DNA from: Octopus bimaculoides
Taxonomy: Eukaryota
Direction of reading: 5' to 3'
Assembly: GCF_001194135.2 (NCBI RefSeq)
Contig: NC_068991.1
Span: forward strand, 16,668,638-16,732,637
DNA length: 64,000 nt
Made by a program: the position numbers and the translations under genes. This document shows, piece after piece, positions 37,919 to 51,287 of this stretch (positions are counted from its first letter, which is position 1; each line of letters begins with the position of its first letter). The notes below the pieces were generated by a model. That model was not told the origin of the DNA and did not search any database. It saw only the letters and a program-made list of their open reading frames with translations.

Positions 37919-39682
37919 NNNNNNNNNNNNNNNNNNNNNNNNNNNNNNNNNNNNNNNNNNNNNNNNNNNNNNNNNNNNNNNNNNNNNNNNNNNNNNNNNN
38001 NNNNNNNNNNNNNNNNNNNNNNNNNNNNNNNNNNNNNNNNNNNNNNNNNNNNNNNNNNNNNNNNNNNNNNNNNNNNNNNNNNNNNNNNNNNNNNNNNNNN
38101 NNNNNNNNNNNNNNNNNNNNNNNNNNNNNNNNNNNNNNNNNNNNNNNNNNNNNNNNNNNNNNNNNNNNNNNNNNNNNNNNNNNNNNNNNNNNNNNNNNNN
38201 NNNNNNNNNNNNNNNNNNNNNNNNNNNNNNNNNNNNNNNNNNNNNNNNNNNNNNNNNNNNNNNNNNNNNNNNNNNNNNNNNNNNNNNNNNNNNNNNNNNN
38301 NNNNNNNNNNNNNNNNNNNNNNNNNNNNNNNNNNNNNNNNNNNNNNNNNNNNNNNNNNNNNNNNNNNNNNNNNNNNNNNNNNNNNNNNNNNNNNNNNNNN
38401 NNNNNNNNNNNNNNNNNNNNNNNNNNNNNNNNNNNNNNNNNNNNNNNNNNNNNNNNNNNNNNNNNNNNNNNNNNNNNNNNNNNNNNNNNNNNNNNNNNNN
38501 NNNNNNNNNNNNNNNNNNNNNNNNNNNNNNNNNNNNNNNNNNNNNNNNNNNNNNNNNNNNNNNNNNNNNNNNNNNNNNNNNNNNNNNNNNNNNNNNNNNN
38601 NNNNNNNNNNNNNNNNNNNNNNNNNNNNNNNNNNNNNNNNNNNNNNNNNNNNNNNNNNNNNNNNNNNNNNNNNNNNNNNNNNNNNNNNNNNNNNNNNNNN
38701 NNNNNNNNNGAGAAAAAGAAGTCCCAAAATATTTTTCTTGGAGAAAGGGTTAAATAGAGAATTCTAGTTGAAAAGCAAACGGTGAGAAGAGGGAAGTCTG
38801 TGAAGTACTCTGAAACCGGACAAGAATGGTTGGAATGATATAGGTAGCTTAAATATGTAGAATATGGTTATAGTAATAACATGGTAAACAGTGGAAGTGT
38901 CCATGATGATGATGGTGGTGGTGGTGGTGGTGGTGGTGGTTATGAAGATATTTTGTAATGGTGGAGTGATGGTGGAAGTAATGGAAGAGATGGATATAGA
39001 GATGGTGGTAGAAGTGGGTTTATTTTGTGGTGGTGGTAGTAGTGATAAGGACACTGGTGGTAGGAGTAACATTTTTTTTGATAGTTGTAGCGGTGACGGT
39101 GGTGACGGTAATGGTGACAACTGGTGGTGGTGATGGTAATGGTGGTGATGGCAGTATTATATGCTGTTTAGCCCCACATCTTTTATCTTCCACTTGCTTC
39201 TGTCACTAGACTGCAGCCATACTGGGGCACCGCCCTGAAGAATTTTAGTCAAACAAATTGACCCTAGTACTAATGTTTTTACCTTTTTTGTGTGTGTTTG
39301 AAGCCTGGTGGCACTTATTGTATTGATCTATTTTTGCCAAACCACTAAGATACATGGACGTAAACACACCAACACCAGTTGTCAATTAGGAATGGTGGAC
39401 AAACATAGACACAAAGATATATACATATATACAAATGGCTTCTTTCAGTTTCCATCTATCAAATCCATTCACAAGGCTTTGGTTAGCCCAAGGCCATAGT
39501 AGAAAACACTGCCCTCAGGTGCCACACAGTGGGACTTAACCTGGGACCATGTGGCTGGAAAGCAAACTTCTTACCACACAGCTATGCCTGATCGGTGTAA
39601 CAATCAAAGGCGTTCCAGCATTGATCATTTCAATTTGATTTTTGTAAGATACAGTTGTATTGAGGACTACATTATCCAATGT

Positions 39683-40072
39683 TGTTGTTGTTGGCACTCC
39701 GTTGCTTACGACGTTGAGGGTTCCAGTTGGTCCGATCAACGGAACAGCCTGCTCGTGAAATTAACGTGCAAGTGGCTGAGCACTCCACAGACACGTGTAC
39801 CCTTAACGTAGTTCTCTGGGAGATTCAGCGTGACACAGTGTGACAAGGCTGACCCTTTGAATTACAGGCACAACAGAAACAGGAAGTAAGAGCGAGAGAA
39901 AGTTGTGGTGATAGAGTACAACAGGGTTCGCCACCATCCCCTGCCGGAGCCTCGTGGAGCTTTTAGGTGTTTTCGCTCAATAAACACTCACAACGTCTGG
40001 TCTGGGAATCGAAACCGCGATCCTATGACCGCGAGTCCGCTGCCCTAACTACTGGGCTATTGCACCTCCACT
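39683..40072 (-). mobile_element. tRNA-derived SINE, full length with TSD
   Basis: Reverse complement of 24582-24969, flanked by the 12-bp TSD attatccaatgt (39671-82 and 40073-84). Confidence 0.88.
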
Positions 40073-42019
40073 ATTATCCAATGTACCTTTTTTCTAAAAG
40101 ACTTCTGGATATGATTTGAGGGAGATTTGGCTGTTATTTCTTGCAAGTCAAGTGAATACATAGAGGATGCCTCATAGATATGCAGCCTTGCTGCTGTCAA
40201 TGACAAGGATGATGGATGAGGCAGTGAATGTAGGATGTGGCAGTGGTTGTTTCTGTTGACGTTTAACCCTAGGTCAACCCTGATTAATCAGACCTATAAT
40301 GAAAGGCATTCCAGTCATGACCATCCTACTCTTTATTTATGAGGGGGGGGGGGTATCTAGAACAACATTACCCGATACATGAGCCTTTCCTTCTCAACGA
40401 AGTTGATTAGAGAGGTGAGAATGTGGTTGCTATGTCTAGCATGATTAGTGGTCACACGGTGGCCACACATGTTGACCGTCTGTGTTAGTGGTGATACTGA
40501 TGATGATGGTGATACCAGTGTTGACAAATGTGGTGGTGATTGTGAGGGTGGCAATGGTAGTGGCGGCAGTGGTGCTAATTATGATAGTGATGGTAATTAT
40601 GGTGGTGGCTGTGGTGGTAATAGTCGTGGAAGGAGAAGTAGTAGTAGTAGTAGTAGAAGGAGTGCTAGCAGCAGCAGCAGCAGTGGTATTCATAACAAGG
40701 TGGTGGTGGTGGTGGTGGTACTGGTTTATTTGTTTTATTATTTACTCTAAGCTGGCAGACTGGCAAAACAGTAAGCCTGCCAGGCAAAACGGTTAGCAAT
40801 ATTTCTTCCAGCTCTTTATGTTCAAAGTTCAAATACTGCCAAGGTCAACTTTGTCTTTTCATTATTTCAGGATCAATAAAACAAAAAAAAAAAAAAAGGA
40901 CCAGTCAAGTACTGGGGTTGACATAATCAAGTAAACCCCACCCACACCCCATTCCTGCCAAAATTGCTGGCCTTGAGTCGAAATTTCAGACAATTCTTTA
41001 TTTACTGTATATCACCAATTCATAAACAATGGCATCCTTTCTTACACGTTTCCAACAGACCAAACACTGGTTCACTGTATTTCTGATAATGAGAGTGACA
41101 AGAGAGTGTCTGTAACTCAATGCAGAACAAATATCTCAAGGGGCATCATTCTTAAAGCAACAGTTTTTCAATTTTGCTCAACAATGTCTATACCCTTTGC
41201 CAATATACATCACTGAAAGTCTCACACACACACGTGCACACAAACAGACACAAACACACACACTTGTTTATTCATTGCATATCCTGCCCCAGAAAAACTA
41301 CACAACCCCATGACAGCATGAAAGAGCATGTATATTATATGCGTTTCATATATGTGTACATTTGCATACATAGATCTAATAAAGAATAACAGAAAAAGCT
41401 TCAATATCAAAATATATATGTGGGTGTGTGTGTGTACATATATATATATATATATACATATATTCTTTCACCTGTTTCAGGCATGTGACTACACCCATGC
41501 TGGAGCACCACCTTACATATGTATATATAAGGCACAGATATGGCTGTGTGCTAAGACGCTTCCTTCTCAATCACATGGCTCCAGGTTCAGTTCCACTGTG
41601 TAGCAGCTTGTGGACGTGTCTTCTACTATAGCTGGCATGGGTTGGACAGTTTGACAGAAGCCTGCACCATACTTCTGTGTCTGTTTTGGCATGGTTTTTA
41701 TAGCCGGTGGCTGTTTGCCCTTCCTAACACCAACCACCCCGCAGAGTGGGCTGAGTGCTTTTTATGTGGCACTAGCACAAGCAAGGTCAGTTTTGGCATG
41801 GTTTTTACAGCTGAATGCCCTTCAAAATACCAACCACTTCACAGTGTGGATTGCATGCTTTTTAAATGGCAAGGTAACTAAGTAACATTGCAAGACAAGG
41901 AATCTTTGAGACAGGAGGGTGCAGTGAAGGTGGTGGACTTGCATCAGATGATGAATGGTTAGAGTGTGACAGAGACAGAAACAGGTGTCTTGTTCTAGAG
42001 GAGGTACATGGTTACCTAG

Positions 42020-42021
42020 CC

Positions 42022-42052
<31 letters not shown>

Positions 42053-42470
42053 CAGACAGACAGAGACAGACAGACAGAGAGAGACAGACAGACAGAGAGA
42101 GACAGACAAAGAGAGACAGACAGAGAGAAACAGACAGAGAGAGACAGACAGAGACAGACAGACAGAGAGAGACAGACAGAGAGAGACAGACAGAGACAGA
42201 CAGACAGACAGAGAGAGACAGACAGAGACAGACAGACAGAGACAGACAGACAGAGAGAGACAGACAGAGAGAGACAGACAGACAGAGACAGACAGACAGA
42301 CAGAGACAGACAGACAGAGACAGACAGACAGAGACAGACAGACAGAGAGAGACAGACAGAGACAGACACACAGAGAGAGACAGACAAAGACAGACAGACA
42401 GAGAGAGACACAGATAGAGAGAGACAGATAGAGAGAGACAGACAGACAGAGAAAGAGAAAGAGAGAAAAG
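42020..42470. repeat. Compound (GACA)n/(GA)n microsatellite
   Basis: About 450 bp of gacagaca/gagagaca units. It produces the long spurious SVCLSL and RQTER ORFs. Confidence 0.9.
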
Positions 42471-43227
42471 AAGAGAGGATTAACAAGAAAGAGGGCAGGA
42501 ACAGGGGTGCTGCTGTAAAGATTATCTAACCAGAGGGAAGAGCAAGAGAAAGAGAGAGAGGGAGTGATGAAGAATGAGGGCAGAAACAGGTATGCTGGTC
42601 TGTACAAAGTACTCAATATGAGATCAGTGGAATGTGACAATGGGGTTGATGATAGGAGAATGAGGTCAGTGTCATCTTAAGGCAAGGGCAAACTAGGGAA
42701 ATAGATGTCCAAGAGCTTCATGGGTGTAGGAACCCAAACCTGGTCTATGTATTCTGTGGCTTGCAGTCAATAAATTAATACTTATAGAGTCCAATGCATT
42801 GATTAGCCCAAGGGCCTATAACACTGTTAAAACAGCTCCTAAACAAGATGACAAATTGTTTGCTTGTTGAGGAGATCAGAAATCATTGTAAGGACAGCAG
42901 ACGAAACACCTTGCTAGAAACAGCAATCAAATCTCTCTCGAACCACACACTAACATCTTAAAATGGGAAAAAAAATAAAAAGTCAGTTACGTCAGACATA
43001 GCTATAAGTATACAAAATAATAGGAATGCATCAAAGTTGGAATGTCTTTGAGTATGGGCTCGCTCGACCAAGGATGACCTGGAGCTAAACAAAAGTAACA
43101 CCATCAATGACAACAACAACAGCATGTATATATGTAGAGATGTAGCATGAATGTAGAGGGTAAGCTTGCAGATCAGTCAGTCAGATGGCCTATTTTGGAA
43201 TGTGATTCACAATGGGTTGGGGAGGAC

Positions 43228-43258
<31 letters not shown>

Positions 43259-43436
43259 AAGAGAGGGAGAGAGAAAGAGAGACAGACAGACAGAGGCAGA
43301 GAGAGAAAAGCTACACTGTCCCAAATATGTGAGCAGTACTCTAATGTGGGTCACATTCTGTACCTTGAAAGAGAGTCAACTGTTATTCTGAGCTGGAAGT
43401 ATTTTCTAACCTTGATTTTATGTATGTATGTATGTA

Positions 43437-43497
<61 letters not shown>

Positions 43498-44075
43498 ATG
43501 TTGGGACACTGCTCTGAAGAATTTTAGTCAAACAAATCAACCCCAGTACTTATTTCTATCTAAACCCTGGTATTTATTCTATCAGTCTCTTTTGCCAAAC
43601 CACTAACACACACACACACACATGTATATATGATGGGCTTCTTTCAGTTTCCATCTACCAACTCCACTCACAAGGCTTTTGTCAGCCCAAGGCTATAGTA
43701 GAAGATACCTGTCCAAAGTGCCACGCAGTGGGACTGAACCCAGGACCATGTGGTTGGAAAGCTAACTTCTTAACACACACCCATGCATGTACATATGTAA
43801 ATAGAGATGGATGGATGGGTGGATGGATACAGTACAAACATAAAAACCAAGATAAGGTAAAAAAAACAAACAGGAAAATTGGAAGAAGTCTTTAACATTT
43901 TGATCATACATTCATCAATGGAAAAGAGAAATGAAGAGAGAAATATATTATATAAATAATTTGTGTGTGTTTGTGTGTGTGTGTGTGAGTGTGCGCGTAC
44001 ATGCATGCATGTGTGCATGTGCGTGTATTTCATTTAGTTTACATCCATTTTTTCCCTTACTAGCCTAGCTAAGAC

Positions 44076-44395
44076 CAGTGGGTCTCAACCAGTTTCTTAT
44101 CTGTGGACCCCTTTAATTACCATTTTATTCTGGTGGACACCCATAGCCATTCAATGTTTAAAAAACTAGTTTTATAGATAATTCTTTCAAAATTCTTTGA
44201 TTTTTTCACACATTAACTTGTGTAGGTTGAACTATGTAAAACATTAGAGAAAGAAACCAAGCTGTTTCTTGCAATAAATACATGTACATCATATCAAATT
44301 TTTTCATGCACTTTTAAAATACAACCATGGATCCCCAGTTTTCTATTTTGCTAAAGGTCTTATATGGACCTCCCGGGTTCATATAGACCCCAGTG
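44076..44395 (+). mobile_element. hAT-like MITE fragment
   Basis: Starts with CAGTGGGTCTCAACC, a Charlie/hAT-type terminus. No intact right TIR or TSD was seen. Confidence 0.35.
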
Positions 44396-45992
44396 AGTTT
44401 GATGAATAATTACTGAGGCACTGTTTTACAGCTGAATAATCCTATTTGTCGCTAAACCTTACTTGCCTCTTGAGTAAAGATCTTTTTTTCTTTTACCCCA
44501 CTTGTCTTTGAAAGTAAAGAGCTAGAAGACAATTTGTTAGCAGGATATGACTGAGTAAGTGTATAGCAGAAAGAGAGGTGGCTTTGTGCCAAATGTTGAG
44601 AGATTAAAGTATGATAAAAGGGACAGGAAGAGGTTATTCGCTACAGAGAAGACAGCTTGCATTATATAAGAGATGATAAGGTGGCAAACTGGCAGAGAAT
44701 CACTAGCACTCTGAGTGAAAATGCTTAGCAGAGTTTGATCTGTTTTTATGTTCTGAGCTCAAATTCTGCCGAGGTTGATTTTGCTTTTCATCCTTTTGGT
44801 GGGGGTGTATGAAATTAGTACTAGTTGAGTACTGGGGTCCATGTAATCAACTTATCCCTTCTCCCAAAATTGCTGGCCTTGTGCCAAAATTTGAAACCAT
44901 TATATATATGGGATGATAGGAGTGATTGGAGGTGGAGCTGGAAAAAGAGATAAAGAAGATGGTAATGAGGTGTTAAAATGTGCCCACAGAGTACAATGTG
45001 ATAGACAGAACAAAGTACGAGACCAGAAGATCAGGCAGGGTAGGAGAGTAGAGGTTGCAAGAGTATGAGGGGAGAGTGAGAGGTAGTTAGTGATGGGGAT
45101 ACAGATGAATATAGTGAATGGTAAAAAAGGGTGGGAAGGTGGTCAATGGAAAATATGAGTTGGAGGGCAAGTAGGAGGAAAGAGGTTGCATTGGGTCCAT
45201 ACACTGAAATCCCGACAGTCAATCTCCTTCCCTAGGTACAATCACAACAGACACTGTCACCTGACCTATATATATATATATATATCTTCGAAACGTCTAG
45301 TTAGAATAGAGGCAGCTGACGAAGGATTAATTCCAAGTGGCTATCTGTTTTCCTATGTGTTCGTTCCGTTGTCTGTAGTTCATTGTTCTAACGTCCTGTA
45401 CCCTGATATGCATCTATATACACATGTAGATGTAAGTATGTACATATATGTGTGTATACATGCATATATATTCTTTGTATTACATATATATATGTATATA
45501 CACTGGCTGTAATGACTACAGCAGGATGCTGAGTGGTTGAGAAGCTTGATTCCTAAGTATGAAGTTTCAGTTCCATTGCACTGCACCTTGGGGCAAGTGC
45601 CTTCTACTATAGTTCCGGGTTGACCAAAACTGTGTGAGTCAACTTGGAAATTGAAAGGAAACTGACAGAAGCCCAATGTATGAATTTGTTGAGGTGTATT
45701 TTCTACTGCCAGAGGCCGTTCCTGTTGACAACCCTCACCTGATTCCAAGCAAGATTATATCTCTCAATGACCAGTCTATGTTTCCACAGAATATTGGAAA
45801 CAAAGGTCACCACCTGCTTAATCAGGGCTGTGGAGTCAGAGTCAGGGGTGCCAATAGTAGAGGAGTCAGAGTCGAAGTTTTTTGTGCATGATGGTGACAC
45901 TTGTTTACACCTATCATGCAAAGTCAAGGTAAGGAGACAGTAATGTATACCCACACACACACACAAACATATATATATATATATAGAGAGAG

Positions 45993-46049
<57 letters not shown>

Positions 46050-46088
46050 TGTATATCTATCTATCTATCTATCTAACATAAATTAATA

Positions 46089-46208
46089 ACAGAACACAAA
46101 GGATATCACGGTACACATGTTTCAAGCTTTATAAACAATCTGTTATTACATCAGCAGATTGTTTATAAAGCTTGAAACACGTGTACCACGATATCCTTTG
46201 TGTTCTGT
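46089..46208. repeat. 54-bp-arm inverted repeat, 12-nt loop
   Basis: 46089-46142 against 46155-46208: 3 mismatches, no indels. Confidence 0.9.
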
Positions 46209-46348
46209 TTTCAATTTATGTTTGATATATTCTCTCACCTCTGCCACTATCTGGCATATACAGGTGCTTAAACTTATCAAGTATTACCTCTAAACTTACA
46301 GTATCTATGTGATTCACGTTGTCTTTCAAATATATATATATATGCATC

Positions 46349-46402
<54 letters not shown>

Positions 46403-47274
46403 CATATANNNNNNNNNNNNNNNNNNNNNNNNNNNNNNNNNNNNNNNNNNNNNNNNNNNNNNNNNNNNNNNNNNNNNNNNNNNNNNNNNNNNNNNNNNNN
46501 NNNNNNNNNNNNNNNNNNNNNNNNNNNNNNNNNNNNNNNNNNNNNNNNNNNNNNNNNNNNNNNNNNNNNNNNNNNNNNNNNNNNNNNNNNNNNNNNNNNN
46601 NNNNNNNNNNNNNNNNNNNNNNNNNNNNNNNNNNNNNNNNNNNNNNNNNNNNNNNNNNNNNNNNNNNNNNNNNNNNNNNNNNNNNNNNNNNNNNNNNNNN
46701 NNNNNNNNNNNNNNNNNNNNNNNNNNNNNNNNNNNNNNNNNNNNNNNNNNNNNNNNNNNNNNNNNNNNNNNNNNNNNNNNNNNNNNNNNNNNNNNNNNNN
46801 NNNNNNNNNNNNNNNNNNNNNNNNNNNNNNNNNNNNNNNNNNNNNNNNNNNNNNNNNNNNNNNNNNNNNNNNNNNNNNNNNNNNNNNNNNNNNNNNNNNN
46901 NNNNNNNNNNNNNNNNNNNNNNNNNNNNNNNNNNNNNNNNNNNNNNNNNNNNNNNNNNNNNNNNNNNNNNNNNNNNNNNNNNNNNNNNNNNNNNNNNNNN
47001 NNNNNNNNNNNNNNNNNNNNNNNNNNNNNNNNNNNNNNNNNNNNNNNNNNNNNNNNNNNNNNNNNNNNNNNNNNNNNNNNNNNNNNNNNNNNNNNNNNNN
47101 NNNNNNNNNNNNNNNNNNNNNNNNNNNNNNNNNNNNNNNNNNNNNNNNNNNNNNNNNNNNNNNNNNNNNNNNNNNNNNNNNNNNNNNNNNNNNNNNNNNN
47201 NNNNNNNNNNNNNNNNNNNNNNNNNNNNNNNNNNNNNNNNNNNNNNNNNNNNNNNNNNNNNNNNNNNNNNNNNN

Positions 47275-47580
47275 GAATTTTTAGTCAAATGAATGAACCT
47301 CCAGCATTTATTTTTGTTTTAAGCCTGGTACTTATACCATCGGTCTCTTTTGCTGAACCATTAACTTACAGGCACATAAACACACACACATACCTTTATA
47401 TCATTTCTTCTTTCTTTTACTTGTTTCAGTCATTAGACTGCGGCCATGCTGGGGCACCACCTTCAAGAATTTTTAGTCAAATGAATGAACCTCCAGCATT
47501 TATTTTTGTTTTAAGCCTGGTACTTATACCATCGGTCTCTTTTGCTGAACCATTAACTTACAGGCACATAAACACACAAA
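47275..47580. repeat. 192-bp-period direct duplication of a SINE segment at a gap edge
   Basis: gaatttttagtcaaatgaatgaacctccagc... is identical at 47275 and 47467. Confidence 0.75.
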
Positions 47581-47846
47581 TACTAGTTGTCAAGCGGTGG
47601 TGAGAAACACAGACAGCAGAAACACACACATGAAAAAGAGGCACAGTAAAGTATGACGTGCAACAAAGATCAAGCTTGAATGAGTATCCAGACATGTGGC
47701 ACCAGCTTTGGAAACGCTAGTGAGTGTGCTCAATATGAACCAAATAATAAAAAAAATACTAAGCAGAAAAAACAGGTGTGGTAGTCAAGGCCTTGAATAC
47801 CACACCTATTTCCTGCATATTGTGCAAATCTGTGTGTTTAAATGTG

Positions 47847-47897
<51 letters not shown>

Positions 47898-48609
47898 NNN
47901 NNNNNNNNNNNNNNNNNNNNNNNNNNNNNNNNNNNNNNNNNNNNNNNNNNNNNNNNNNNNNNNNNNNNNNNNNNNNNNNNNNNNNNNNNNNNNNNNNNNN
48001 NNNNNNNNNNNNNNNNNNNNNNNNNNNNNNNNNNNNNNNNNNNNNNNNNNNNNNNNNNNNNNNNNNNNNNNNNNNNNNNNNNNNNNNNNNNNNNNNNNNN
48101 NNNNNNNNNNNNNNNNNNNNNNNNNNNNNNNNNNNNNNNNNNNNNNNNNNNNNNNNNNNNNNNNNNNNNNNNNNNNNNNNNNNNNNNNNNNNNNNNNNNN
48201 NNNNNNNNNNNNNNNNNNNNNNNNNNNNNNNNNNNNNNNNNNNNNNNNNNNNNNNNNNNNNNNNNNNNNNNNNNNNNNNNNNNNNNNNNNNNNNNNNNNN
48301 NNNNNNNNNNNNNNNNNNNNNNNNNNNNNNNNNNNNNNNNNNNNNNNNNNNNNNNNNNNNNNNNNNNNNNNNNNNNNNNNNNNNNNNNNNNNNNNNNNNN
48401 NNNNNNNNNNNNNNNNNNNNNNNNNNNNNNNNNNNNNNNNNNNNNNNNNNNNNNNNNNNNNNNNNNNNNNNNNNNNNNNNNNNNNNNNNNNNNNNNNNNN
48501 NNNNNNNNNNNNNNNNNNNNNNNNNNNNNNNNNNNNNNNNNNNNNNNNNNNNNNNNNNNNNNNNNNNNNNNNNNNNNNNNNNNNNNNNNNNNNNNNNNNN
48601 NNNNNNNNN

Positions 48610-48830
48610 CGTTAGCACGCTGGGCGAAATGCTTAGCGGCATGTTGTCTGTCATTACGTTCTGAGTTCAAATTCCGCCAAGGTCGACTTTGCCTTTCATC
48701 TTTTCAGGGTCGATAAATTAAGTACCAGTTACGCACTGGGGTCGATGTAATCGACTTAATCCCTTTGTCTGTCCTTGTTTGTCCCCTCTATGTTTAGCTC
48801 CTTGTGGGCAATAAAGAAATAAGAAATTGT
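48610..48830 (+). mobile_element. SINE family B
   Basis: gttagcacgctgggcgaaatgcttagc..ttctgagttcaaattccgcc..gactttgcctttcatc..taagtaccagtt. Further copies at about 4700, 8520, 11743, 20420, 27020, 40780, 44700, 52580 and 60420. Confidence 0.75.
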
Positions 48831-48848
48831 GCAGAAGTCCATTATAGA

Positions 48849-48890
<42 letters not shown>

Positions 48891-49034
48891 CGCACGCGCG
48901 CGCACCAATGCTTAAGTTTACAAAGTAAACTGTTGCTGATGTTGTATTCCATTCTACTCTCTAACTTAGCAGTTCAAGAAAAGTTATCAATAATGTCAAA
49001 TTCTTGAATGCATTGTCCTCCAATAATTAAAAAC

Positions 49035-49290
49035 CAATAAAAGAACATGTCCCTTGACTCTGAGATGGCCTTTGACAGGACACCTCCTTCTGTGATCTAG
49101 TGATCCCTAAAGAAGTTAGAGGTAGGCGAATGGTTTGCGATAACTGTACAAACCATACACAGGAACGCAGTGAGAAAAGTGAGAGTCAGCAATGAGTTCG
49201 GCAATGACTTTAGTATGTATGTAGGGGGCCATCAGAGCTTAGTCCCAAATCCCTTTTATTTATTATAGTCCTCCAAACCATAATAGAGAA
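49035..49290 (+). mobile_element. RTE-clade LINE reverse transcriptase fragment
   Basis: LDSEMAFDRTPPSVI**SLKKLEVGEWFAITVQTIHRNAVRKVRVSNEFGNDFSMYVGGHQSLVPNPFLFIIVLQTI corresponds to the decayed RT motifs DLEKAFDRVP and VGVHQGSVLSPLLF. Confidence 0.85.
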
Positions 49291-49306
49291 GTTTAATCCT
49301 TTTGTT

Positions 49307-49692
49307 GTGGAGGCGCAATGGCCCAGTGGTTAGGGCAGCAGACTCGCGGTCGTAAGATCACGGTTTCGATTCCCAGACCGGGCGTTGTGAGTGTTTATTG
49401 AGCGAAAACACCTAAAGCTCCACGAGGCTCCGGCAGGGGACGGTGGCGAACCCTGCTGTACTCTTTCACCACAACTTTCTCTCACTCTATCTTCCTGTTT
49501 CTGTTGTACCTGTATGTCAAAAGGGGCAGCCTTGTTGCACTCTGTGTCATGCTGTATCTCCCCCGAGAACTACGTTAAGGGTACACGTGTCTGTGGAGTG
49601 CTCAGCTACTTGCACGTTAATTTCACGAGCAGGCTGTTCCGTTGATCGGATCAACTGGAACTCTCGACGTCGTAACCGACAGAGTGCCATAC
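49307..49692 (+). mobile_element. tRNA-derived SINE, full length with TSD
   Basis: Same family, with the 12-bp TSD aatccttttgtt (49295-306 and 49693-704). Confidence 0.88.
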
Positions 49693-50416
49693 AATCCTTT
49701 TGTTACCATATTTCTGTTAAAATACCCTACCTTTGTTTAAATTAACTTTGGGAAGCAAGCTTCTTACCACACAGCCATGTCTGTGCCTATATGTATGCGC
49801 ATAAAATAAATATTAGCAATGGCTATCAACTCTCTTTGTAGATAGAAAGGTGAAGAGTATTTATCAACTGAAGAGTGGCCAATCAGCTATAAAATACAAT
49901 GGGAATAATCTCATTTTTTTTTTCTGTGGAACAAGGTGTATTCATAGTTGTTTACTTTCCTCAACACACTTATTATAAACTATAGGCTAACTACTTTAAA
50001 TTTACCTTATATTTTCTTAAACATGCTGTTTGTACACAAAATATTCATTAAGCATTTAATCATGCTGCCAACTAATGCATAATATGCAAATTAGTGTTGC
50101 CATTTCTGCTAACTTTTAGTTTATACCACATTTTAGTTGCATTTCTCTTTTTTCTATTTCTGAAAGGAGAAGAATGGTTGAAGTATTGTTTAAATTTACC
50201 TTCAATCATATGTAGTATTTACGGGCAATGTTTAAGGTTTACCTTGGTGGAGGTAATTTCCAGTGTAATCACTTCAATATTGCAGGACTGGTTAAGAGGT
50301 CTATGTTATAATTCTGCATGTGCAGTTAGCATTGGTTATTTTAGTTTATTAACTTATTATTAAGTTTTTCATATACATGGTACAACTGTAACCCAATTTA
50401 AAATTATTTCCGTTAA

Positions 50417-50625
50417 CCCTTTTGATACCAACCCGGCTTCTGGCTCTGTAGAACAAATGTCTTGTTTTCATAAGTTTTGAATTAAAATCTTCCACCAAAC
50501 CTTAGTCACAATTTATGTTCCTAACACTAGCAGAATGGTAAATTTATTTTAATAAATTCTTTGTTATATTTGAAGTAATTGAAAGAAACACAGAGCATCT
50601 CAAAATAAATACAGTAACGAAAGGG
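50417..50625. mobile_element. TTAA-flanked MITE, family CCCTTTCGTTAC (opposite orientation to 23728)
   Basis: TTAA|CCCTTTGATAC ... GTAACGAAAGGG|TTAA. The interior is the reverse complement of 23728-23948. Confidence 0.75.
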
Positions 50626-50649
50626 TTAAATGCTAGTTTTGTTTTTGAG

Positions 50650-51108
50650 GCAATTGTTAATGGGGAAATTTTCATTTATTAAAGACAAGAATAGCAATGT
50701 TAGACTTAATATTTAAGGAAAAGGGAGGTGTTGAACCAGATATTGTCGCAGCATCCCTTCTTATGACTGGACGACAAGGGTTATGGGTATATGTGATTTT
50801 ATCACTGAATCCACTAATTTCTAGTACTTCACGATGGTAGGGGACTGCAGTGTCAAAGATTTCATTATATGATAACACTTTAGAGAGTCTTCTACTGATA
50901 TATTAATCAGGGTTTTTTGAAAACTATAAGTGGATGTCAGGAATCTACATTAGATTTAGTATAGGTCTTGTATTTGCCTTTGGTTAAGCTGAGGGTAACA
51001 TTTAAGAAATTTTTAGTTCTTAGGGTAATAGTGCCAGTTATTTTTAAGTTGAAATTTATATTGTTAATATGTTCTTTTTTTATGAACACCTCATGCACAT
51101 CCATCAGC

Positions 51109-51110
<2 letters not shown>
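50650..51110 (-). mobile_element. Penelope-like element, RT palm/thumb fragment
   Basis: LKITGTITLRTKNFLNVTLSLTKGKYKTYTKSN, then ISRRLSKVLSYNEIFDTAVPYHREVLEISGFSDKITY and TPPFSLNIKSNI. These match PLE motifs NFLDVTLNL..GKY.PY.KPN, RRLS.LS.N...FD.A.P.Y..AL..SG and NPPFS.N..TN. Frameshifted, and starts in (TA)n. Confidence 0.8.
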
Positions 51111-51147
<37 letters not shown>

Positions 51148-51287
51148 TATATACATATATAAATTAAAACAATAGGGTAAAAAATTGGATATTAATTAAT
51201 ATCAATTTAATACCAGGGAACAAGCACATTAAAAGAATTAAGGAGATTCAGAAAAAATATCTGAGATCTCAAAGGATTATTGTATAG

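Noticed and set aside
41822-42640. 272-aa SVCLSL-rich and 148-aa RQTER-rich ORFs
   Set aside because: Translations of a (GACA)/(GA) microsatellite.
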